Below, piece by piece: positions 57,112 to 64,000 of a stretch of 64,000 bases of DNA. Where the stretch lies: positions 2,359 through 66,358 of the forward strand of contig JAUHWY010000018.1 in NCBI GenBank assembly GCA_030427255.1. The letters are read 5' to 3'. Positions within the stretch are counted from its first letter, which is position 1; every line of letters begins with the position of its first letter. A program made the position numbers and the translations under genes. The notes under the pieces were generated by a model. The model was not told the origin of the DNA, made no database searches, and saw nothing but the letters and a program-made list of their open reading frames with translations. This DNA comes from Bacteroidia bacterium (lineage in GTDB: Bacteria; Bacteroidota; Bacteroidia; CAIKAF01).

Positions 57112-58125
57112 CATCGGCATCCGCGCCTGCGCCGTCCAATCCAGCGACCCCTTAGCCCCGCTCCGATATTTCATTAGCCCCGCCATGGCAATCATAGCCG
57201 CATTGTCGGTGCAATAAGCCAATTTGGGGATGTGCAATTCCCAGCCTTTTTCGGTGCAAGCCTCCAGCAAAAAGCCCCGAAGCCCTTTATTGGCCGATAC
57301 CCCGCCTGCCAGCACCACCCGATGCACGCCCGTGGCCTCAACCGCCTCTTGCAGTCCCTTCCACAAAGTGGCAATAATCGCATCCTGATAATCGCGCGCC
57401 AAATCGGCCAAAGCTTGTCCCTCAGGAACCGCTTCCTGCTTTTGCAAGTACTGATACAAACTGGTTTTTAGTCCCGAAAAACTAAAATGCAGCGGTCCGG
57501 CCTTAGGCACAGGGAAGCGATGATTTCCGGGGCGACCTTGCGCGGCCAAGCGATCGATTTCCGGTCCTCCGGGATAGGGCAGCCCCAGCAATTTGGCGGC
57601 CTTGTCAAAGGCTTCGCCGGCGGCGTCGTCCAGGGTTTGACCGAGCAGTTCCAGACGGGTAGGGGAGTGCACCAGCACCAATTGCGTATGCCCCCCCGAC
57701 ACCGTAAGGCTCAGAAAAGGAAAATCGGGAGGATTTTTGCCGCTGATTTCCGCATCCTCAATAAAATGCGCCAGCACATGCGCTTCCATGTGGTGCACAT
57801 CAATAAGCGGAAGATTCAGCGCCAAGCTAAGTCCCTTGGCAAAGGAGCTGCCCACCAGCAGCGAACCCAGCAAACCGGGACCACGGGTGCAGGCAATCAG
57901 TTCCAAATCCTCCAGACGGCATTGCGCTTGCGCCAGGGCCTGATGCACCACCGGCAGAATGTGGCTCATATGGGCACGGGAGGCCAATTCGGGCACCACG
58001 CCACCGTATTGTCGGTGCACCTCCTGATTGGCGGTGACGTTGGCCAGAACGCGCGAGCCACTAAGCACGGCCGCGGAAGTATCGTCGCAGGAGCTTTCGA
58101 TGCCAAGAATAAGCGGTGGGCGCAT
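57088..58125 (-). CDS. tsaD: tRNA N6-adenosine threonylcarbamoyltransferase
   Basis: GIESSCDDT, GGVVPELASRAH, HHMEAH, SGGHT, DDAAGEAFDK, CTDNAAMIA. Confidence 0.97.
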   Translation of the reverse strand: MRPPLILGIESSCDDTSAAVLSGSRVLANVTANQEVHRQYGGVVPELASRAHMSHILPVVHQALAQAQCRLEDLELIACTRGPGLLGSLLVGSSFAKGLSLALNLPLIDVHHMEAHVLAHFIEDAEISGKNPPDFPFLSLTVSGGHTQLVLVHSPTRLELLGQTLDDAAGEAFDKAAKLLGLPYPGGPEIDRLAAQGRPGNHRFPVPKAGPLHFSFSGLKTSLYQYLQKQEAVPEGQALADLARDYQDAIIATLWKGLQEAVEATGVHRVVLAGGVSANKGLRGFLLEACTEKGWELHIPKLAYCTDNAAMIAMAGLMKYRSGAKGSLDWTAQARMPMIHPNKVS

Positions 58126-58129
58126 GGCG

Positions 58130-58137
58130 CAAAGGTA
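58130..58137 (-). promoter_or_regulatory. Bacteroidota -7 promoter box (TACCTTTG) 4 nt before the tsaD ATG
   Basis: Matches the TAnnTTTG consensus; similar boxes occur at 17187, 17510, 18072, 33539, 43554, 45349, 47261 and 53007. Confidence 0.7.
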
Positions 58138-58148
58138 GGATATCTTGG

Positions 58149-58645
58149 AATGATGAATGATGGATGATGAATGATGAGTGATGAATGATGAGGTAAAGAC
58201 GCAACATCTTGCGTCTCATGCGTCTCATGCGTCTCCACCCCCCAGTAACGACGCAACATCTTACGTCTTATGCGTCTCATGCGTCCCAAACGGCGCTTCT
58301 TGGGCCTTCCTTCCATAGGAAACCTAAGTTCCATATCCGCCCCTTTTCATCGGTCAGGCCCCGCCCCAAGCAAGCCGATCTAGGGCTCCGGTGGTTCCGC
58401 AAAGCTACACCTCCTCGCCCAAGTTCGGCTAGCCTGGGTCAGGGCGGCTTACAGCCCTGACCCTAGCGTCAGGGGCCCTCTGTGGGGGGCGGGAGGCGCA
58501 ACAAAAGGGCGTAGTGACGCATTGCCATGCGTCTACAGCAAGAGGGTAGCGACGCAAAATGTTGCATAATGGTGTTGTGGTTTATGGAGACGCAAAGTAT
58601 TGCGTCTTTACATCATTCATCATTAACCATTCATGATTAACCATT
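58149..58645. repeat. Composite heptamer/REP cluster with a central GC-rich hairpin (about 58345-58500)
   Basis: TGATGAA heptamers + GTAAAGACGCAACATCTTGCGTCTC on the left, inverted GAGACGCAAAGTATTGCGTCTTTAC + TTCATCA heptamers on the right, GTAGTGACGCATTGCCATGCGTCTAC, apex TCCGCAAAGCTAC. Confidence 0.82.
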
Positions 58646-58687
58646 CCCTATACGTACTTTTGTTCCTTATTCTGCGTTGGGCACCTA

Positions 58688-61600
58688 ATGACATCGACCG
58701 AAGCTCCGAATCCTACTCCTGCTGCGGCTCCAAAAAAGGGCCGGTTCTTTCGGCGTGTCGGTCGCATTTTTCTCGGTTTTTTTCTCTTTTTGCTTAGCCT
58801 GCTTGTGGCGCTGCAACTGCCTTTTGTGCAATCTTGGTTGGGTAGCTTGGCTGCCGATTGGCTCAGCAATAAAACGGGACACGAGGTGCGGGTAGAAGCA
58901 CTTCATATCGATTTCTTGGACTTGGCGGTCGATTTAAAGGGCCTGTATTTGGGGGATTTGCATGGCGATACGCTGATCTTTGCAGAGAATCTACATGCGG
59001 TTTTGGGAGAGGTGCAACAGGAACGCCGCGCTATTGTCATTGACGAAGTGGCGCTCGAAAACGGGGGGATTTTTTTGGTGAAGTATCCCGGGGAATCCGG
59101 AATGAACCTCGATACTTTTTTGGCAAGGCTTAAACCTGAGCAGCCCGATACCCTTTCCACCGCCGAGCCTTGGATTATAGAGTTTGACAAGGTGCGCTTG
59201 GATCGCGCCTCTTTTCGCCTTCAAAATCCGGAAATTACCGGTACCGAGGCCGCGTTTCAGCCCTCCGATATCGGCCTGAGCGATATTTCGGTGACGGTGC
59301 ATAGTTTTCATGTGCGGCAGGATACGGTCATGATGCATGTGGATTCACTGGTGGCTCGAGATAAGGGGGGCGCTCAACTCCGGGCACTAAGTGGAGATTT
59401 CTTGTATTGCAAGCATCAATTGAGTTTGGAGGATTTTTCCCTCAGTACGGGACGAAGCACCATCCGTGGCTTTATGTCCATGAGTTTTGAGGACCCCAGC
59501 GCCTTTCAACATTTTGAAGAAAAGGTGGATTTGCATGCTCAACTGGCCCTTTCCAATGTGCACATGGGCGATATTGCTTGGTTTGCGCCGGGATTGCGGG
59601 GCTTGGAAAGCAGCTTTAGAATCCGCGGGAAAATCAAAGGCCAACTCAACAATTTAAGGGCCGAGGGTTTGCGGATTTTGTTTGGTTCGGTAACCCAGCT
59701 CGATGGACGTTTGCACCTAAAGGGCCTGCCGGATATCCAAAATACGCACATGGATATCGATTTGGACCGCATGGTGACCAATGGCTACGATTTGGAGCGG
59801 ATTCCCTTGCCTCCATTTCCTGAACAACGCTATGTGCAGGTGCCTGCCGAGCTCAAACGCTTGGGCGTACTTAAGTTTAATGGTCATTTTGATGGCTATT
59901 TGCGCGATTTCAATGCTTTTGGGCAGCTGCAAACCGGTTTGGGCAGTGCTTCGCTCGATGTGCATATGGTGCAACCTGCCAAGGGGCTTCCTTATTATGA
60001 GGGTTTTGTGGACTTAAAAAAGTTTCAGGCCGGAGCATTGGCCGGAAAGCAATTGGGTTTGGGTATGGTAAGCGCCTCCGGCGAAATTCGCGGCGAAGGT
60101 TTTTCCGGCGAAGACTTTTTTGCCGCTTTTGATGGGGGAGTAAGTCTTTTGGAAATTAACGGATATACCTATCAAGGCTTGGTGGTTAATGCCGATGTGG
60201 GGCCGGGGGTGTTTACCGGAAGGGTTTTGGTGGACGATCCCAACGCCAAACTGGACTTTAACGGCCGCATCGATTTCAGTCAAGAAAAACCCTCCTTTGA
60301 CTTTATTGCCCGGCTTAGCGAAGTGGATTTGGGTCGTTTGAACGTAATTGCTTTGGACAGCAGCAGCAGCTTGTCTACCAATATATACATAAACGCCAGC
60401 GGAGACGAACCCGACAACATCATGGGAAGTTTAAGGGTAGACAACACCCGCTTTTCCTTAGGCAGCCGGGAGTACCAAATGGATGAGCTTACCCTCAGTT
60501 CCGAGTTGCTTCCGGAGGGAAAAACCTTGTCCTTGCATTCCGACTTTATCGATGCTGATGTTGATGGACAGTACCGCTTTGTGCCCTTGTTTCAACATTT
60601 AGGCAATCAGTTGGCCGCCATAAATCCGTCTTCTGGTTTAGAAAAGGTTGAGATATTGGACAGTTTGCCGCAGAATTTTACTTTTTCGGTGCACTTAAAA
60701 GAGACTGCTGCGCTTACCGATTTGTTTGTGCCAGGCTTGTCCATTCATCCCAATTCCATAGCCTACGGCCAATACAACAGCGCAGCGCGCGACATACGCC
60801 TAAACCTGCGCAGCGGCAAAGTGCAATGGAAGCAATGGGAACTGGACAGCTGGACACTTAGGGCCGATACCCGCAACGATTCCCTTACCGTTCAAACACG
60901 GGTGGCGCATGTGCGCATGAACGATAGTTTGCAGTTGGACCGTTTTATGGGTAGGGTGCAGTGGTTGCGCGATACCTTAGTATTTGATTTAGGCTTCAGC
61001 AACGAAACCGCCAAGCTCAATGCCTTGAGTTTGCATGGTACCACGCGTCTTGGCGACAGCCTGGGCTTGCCTGTGGAGCTAAGCAATAGTTACGGCTATT
61101 ATCAAGACGGTTTATGGCGGCTGCAAGATGGGGCTTTTGTGTTGTTGGGCGCCGACCGCCTAGCCTTTAGAGATTTTAAGGTGGAATCAGAGCAGCATAA
61201 GCTACCACTGCTCAGTATTTCCGGAGCCGCAGGGTTAAACGAGAAGGAAAAGCTGGACATTTCCTTTGCCGATTTCCCGGTGGCCTTGTTGGGAGAATTT
61301 ATTCCGGGCGGAGGATTGGAGCCTTCCGGGAATTTATCGGGAACGCTCTCGCTATATCGGCTGTTCTCCGAAGAAATGCCCCTAATGACTTCCAACCTAA
61401 AGATTGATGATTTAAGCATGAATGGTCTTGCCCTAGGAAAGCTTAGCGTGGACAGCCGCTTTGGAGCCGAGGGCAAAGTATTGGAAATTGGCGCACTTCT
61501 GCAAAAAGATGGTGTGGATTTGCTTAAAATTTCCAACAGCAAGGTGCGGCCTTTTGAGCCGGAGCAGCTTTTAGATATTGAAGCCAATATAGAGGGCTTG

Positions 61601-63448
61601 CCTTTGGAAACCATAAAGCCCTTTGCCGGTGATTTATTCAAAAGCCTTTCCGGAAAAGCCTCCGGGCGCTTGTTGGTGAAGGGCAGCGGCGACAATCCCC
61701 AAATCAATGGTGCCCTGTATTTGACCAAGCCTCAAATGAACTTGGCCTTTTTAAACAGCCCCATGAAGCTGGATTTAAAAGGCGAGCCTATTTTGTTTAC
61801 CAGCCATTCCATCATTTTGCCGGACATCCGTATTACCGACAGCAAAGAAGGTTCCGCTCACTTGATTGGTGTATTGTTTCATAGAAACTTCGCCGATTTA
61901 GAAATGCGCCTGAACTTGGACCGGATTAAGAATTTCCAAGCCATGGCCACCACGGTGAAAGACAACGAACAGTTTTACGGCAAGGCCGTGGTAACCAGTC
62001 AAGATCTGGTCCCCAAAGGCAATGGTAGAGCAGTGGAAATCAGCGGTCCTCTCAACGATTTGTACATCAAAGCCAATTTGGAGGTGGGGGCAGGTACGTC
62101 CATCAATCTACCCATATCGGGCGGGGCAACGGCCCAGGAAAACAACTTTGTACGCTTTGTAGACCGCGACAGCATGCAAATCAAAGGCAAGCTTGGCGGA
62201 AATCAAGCCAATGGGGCGGAGGCCGATGAAGGAAACCTTACCATTGAGCTGCATTTGCGCACGACCGCAGATGCGGAATACCGCGTAATTTTTGATGAAA
62301 CCGTGGGCGACGTACTCACCGCAAGAGGCACTTCCGACCATTTGGCCATTACCTTAGACATGAAGGACCGTTTTGAAATGGACGGTACCTTTACCATTGC
62401 CAAGGGCGATTATCTGTTTACCCTTTCCAACCTGGTCAATAAGCCGTTTATCATTAAACCCGGCAGTTTTGTTACCTGGAGCGGAGACCCGCTTGAGGCC
62501 CAAATCAATGCCACGGCCATTCATCCGGCGCGGGCTTCTTTGTATCCTTTGGTATCGCCTTTTACCAGCGATCCTGCTCAAGCCGAACGCTACCGCAGAG
62601 CCAGCAGGATATTTTGCGAACTTAATTTGACCGACCGATTGATTGACCCGCGCATTGGTTTTGGTCTTTCCCTTCCCGACGAGGACGAGAGCACCCGTGC
62701 GTTGGTGCGTTCGGTCATGAATTCGGAAGAAGAGGTCAATCGCCAGGTGTTTTCGCTATTGATCATCAATTCGTTTTTGCCACCGGAGTCCATTGGTTCC
62801 GGAGGTTTGGGCGGTGGTGCCTTGGCGGCCTCAGGTTTGGGAAGCAACTCTTTGAGCTTGTTGAGTGGTCAACTGAACAATTGGTTGGGAAAATTCACCA
62901 AGGATGTGAACATCAATTTGGATTACCAGGCAGGCGAACAAAACCGTGCCGAGCGGGTGATGGTAGGTTTGCAAACTCAGCTGTTCGACAACCGGGTAAT
63001 CATCGATACCGACCTTGGCGTGGGTGGGGGCGATCAAAGTCAAGCCGACAATACCAATACGGTAGTTGGAAACGTAAATGTGGAGGTAAAAGCCACCGAG
63101 GACGGACGTTTGAGGATTCGGGCCTTTAATCGAAGCAACGAATACAACCTGCTTAAAAACAGTGTGCCTTATACCCAAGGGGTGGGCTTGAGTTATCAGC
63201 GAGAGTTTGATGCATGGTCCGATTTGTTTAGGCCATCCAAAACCAAGGACAGCCTAAAGGTTAGACCGCCGGATGGCACCGAAAAGCAAGAAACAGAGCA
63301 ACAACCCGAACTCATCAACGATTCGGATCCGGAATATTTGCAGCAGCAGAAAGGAGCCTTTGATGGAGATGGGAATGCGCCAACGCCGCCTCCAAATCCG
63401 CCGCCATCTAAGGGTATTTTGGTTCCGGATCCTACGGATATGGACTAG
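58688..63448 (+). CDS. tamB: Translocation/assembly module TamB domain protein
   Basis: N-terminal TM with LQLPFVQSW, long beta-taco repeats, WSGDP, NRQVFSLL, YTQGVGLSYQREF. Confidence 0.9.
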   Translation: MTSTEAPNPTPAAAPKKGRFFRRVGRIFLGFFLFLLSLLVALQLPFVQSWLGSLAADWLSNKTGHEVRVEALHIDFLDLAVDLKGLYLGDLHGDTLIFAENLHAVLGEVQQERRAIVIDEVALENGGIFLVKYPGESGMNLDTFLARLKPEQPDTLSTAEPWIIEFDKVRLDRASFRLQNPEITGTEAAFQPSDIGLSDISVTVHSFHVRQDTVMMHVDSLVARDKGGAQLRALSGDFLYCKHQLSLEDFSLSTGRSTIRGFMSMSFEDPSAFQHFEEKVDLHAQLALSNVHMGDIAWFAPGLRGLESSFRIRGKIKGQLNNLRAEGLRILFGSVTQLDGRLHLKGLPDIQNTHMDIDLDRMVTNGYDLERIPLPPFPEQRYVQVPAELKRLGVLKFNGHFDGYLRDFNAFGQLQTGLGSASLDVHMVQPAKGLPYYEGFVDLKKFQAGALAGKQLGLGMVSASGEIRGEGFSGEDFFAAFDGGVSLLEINGYTYQGLVVNADVGPGVFTGRVLVDDPNAKLDFNGRIDFSQEKPSFDFIARLSEVDLGRLNVIALDSSSSLSTNIYINASGDEPDNIMGSLRVDNTRFSLGSREYQMDELTLSSELLPEGKTLSLHSDFIDADVDGQYRFVPLFQHLGNQLAAINPSSGLEKVEILDSLPQNFTFSVHLKETAALTDLFVPGLSIHPNSIAYGQYNSAARDIRLNLRSGKVQWKQWELDSWTLRADTRNDSLTVQTRVAHVRMNDSLQLDRFMGRVQWLRDTLVFDLGFSNETAKLNALSLHGTTRLGDSLGLPVELSNSYGYYQDGLWRLQDGAFVLLGADRLAFRDFKVESEQHKLPLLSISGAAGLNEKEKLDISFADFPVALLGEFIPGGGLEPSGNLSGTLSLYRLFSEEMPLMTSNLKIDDLSMNGLALGKLSVDSRFGAEGKVLEIGALLQKDGVDLLKISNSKVRPFEPEQLLDIEANIEGLPLETIKPFAGDLFKSLSGKASGRLLVKGSGDNPQINGALYLTKPQMNLAFLNSPMKLDLKGEPILFTSHSIILPDIRITDSKEGSAHLIGVLFHRNFADLEMRLNLDRIKNFQAMATTVKDNEQFYGKAVVTSQDLVPKGNGRAVEISGPLNDLYIKANLEVGAGTSINLPISGGATAQENNFVRFVDRDSMQIKGKLGGNQANGAEADEGNLTIELHLRTTADAEYRVIFDETVGDVLTARGTSDHLAITLDMKDRFEMDGTFTIAKGDYLFTLSNLVNKPFIIKPGSFVTWSGDPLEAQINATAIHPARASLYPLVSPFTSDPAQAERYRRASRIFCELNLTDRLIDPRIGFGLSLPDEDESTRALVRSVMNSEEEVNRQVFSLLIINSFLPPESIGSGGLGGGALAASGLGSNSLSLLSGQLNNWLGKFTKDVNINLDYQAGEQNRAERVMVGLQTQLFDNRVIIDTDLGVGGGDQSQADNTNTVVGNVNVEVKATEDGRLRIRAFNRSNEYNLLKNSVPYTQGVGLSYQREFDAWSDLFRPSKTKDSLKVRPPDGTEKQETEQQPELINDSDPEYLQQQKGAFDGDGNAPTPPPNPPPSKGILVPDPTDMD

Positions 63449-63846
63449 GGTGAATGATGAATGGTGAATGATGAATGGTGAATGATGAATGATGAATGGT
63501 GAATGATGAATGGTGAATGATGAATGGTGAATGGTGAATGATGAATGGTGAATGATGAATGGTGAATGATGAATGGTGAATGATGAATGGTGAATGATGA
63601 ATGGTGAATGATGAATGATGAATGGTGAATGATGAATGATGAATGATGAATGATTAGGGGTGAGGTAAAGACGCAACATCTTGCGTCTCATTAGGGGTGA
63701 GGTAAAGACGGGGTGCCTCGCGTCTCATTAGGGGTGAGGTAATGACGGGATGCCTCGCGTCTCTTAATGATGAATGGTGTATGGTGAATGATGAATGATT
63801 AGGGATGAGGTAAATACGGGATGCCTCCCGTCTCTTAATGATGAAT
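63448..63846 (+). repeat. About 29 TG(A/G)TGAA heptamers followed by 37-bp REP units
   Basis: Heptamers 63448-63650; units TTAGGGGTGAGGTAAAGACG-N10-CGTCTC at 63654, 63691 and 63728, a fourth near 63799. Confidence 0.92.
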
Positions 63847-63944
63847 GGACTCTGCGTGCCCTTACACCGCGACAGCGGTTTCACGCAAAGTCGCCAAGCC
63901 GCAAAGGGGCGTTTGACGGCGCTATCTATTTCACAAATAGTTCC

Positions 63945-64000
63945 TTCCGCGCTAAAGCCTTTGCGCCTTCGCGTTTCTGCATGCCAATGCTTCCGCGCTA
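63945..64000 (+). repeat. 46-bp tandem repeat running off the window edge
   Basis: TTCCGCGCTA recurs at 63945 and 63991; unit matches 55756-55799. Confidence 0.65.

Noticed and set aside
57487-58167. Long antisense ORFs (also 4154-4756, 18453-19022, 41592-42335, 53745-54341, 61102-61728)
   Set aside because: Shadows of well-supported genes on the opposite strand, without recognisable motifs.
63654-63764. TTAGGGG as telomere-like or G-quadruplex repeat
   Set aside because: Only one G-run per 37-bp unit, serving as the REP linker; not contiguous telomeric repeats.
63254-63884. IIHHSPF/SSF repeat ORFs
   Set aside because: Artefacts of the heptamer and REP repeats.

Overview
A 64-kb, mostly core-genome segment of a Bacteroidota bacterium. 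The gene content and the many TAnnTTTG -7 promoter boxes suggest a Flavobacteriales/Cryomorphaceae-like organism. Core content: speA/arginase, an arsR-arsM-arsC-like-acr3 arsenic operon, yceD-rpmF-plsX-fabH, pdxA, an M17 peptidase, cdd, pdhA/pdhC, lpdA, argS, an asnB-GT4-wza-wzc-rfbC-wecA polysaccharide cluster, uvrA, LOG, radC, wecB, an atypical NtrC-like regulator with an Hpt protein, miaE, an OstA-like protein, purA, a STAS protein, relA/spoT, fur, tsaD and tamB. I found no rRNA, tRNA, CRISPR array or transposase. The unusual content is mostly non-coding or small. (1) A 1.16-kb AT-rich cassette carrying a single RES-domain gene sits between two 147-bp direct copies of the tsaD 3' end, with no integrase. 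(2) A 145-bp MITE disrupts a Tat-exported metallophosphoesterase. (3) Composite arrays combine TGATGAA heptamers with GTAA/GTAG-type REP hairpins. (4) About nine ~150-bp GC-rich long-hairpin elements have conserved ends, variable stems and a partly shared apical motif. (5) Two paralogous secreted PKD + glycine-rich proteins. (6) A probable inversion of the relA-fur block. All assignments come from reading motifs by eye; no database searches were run.
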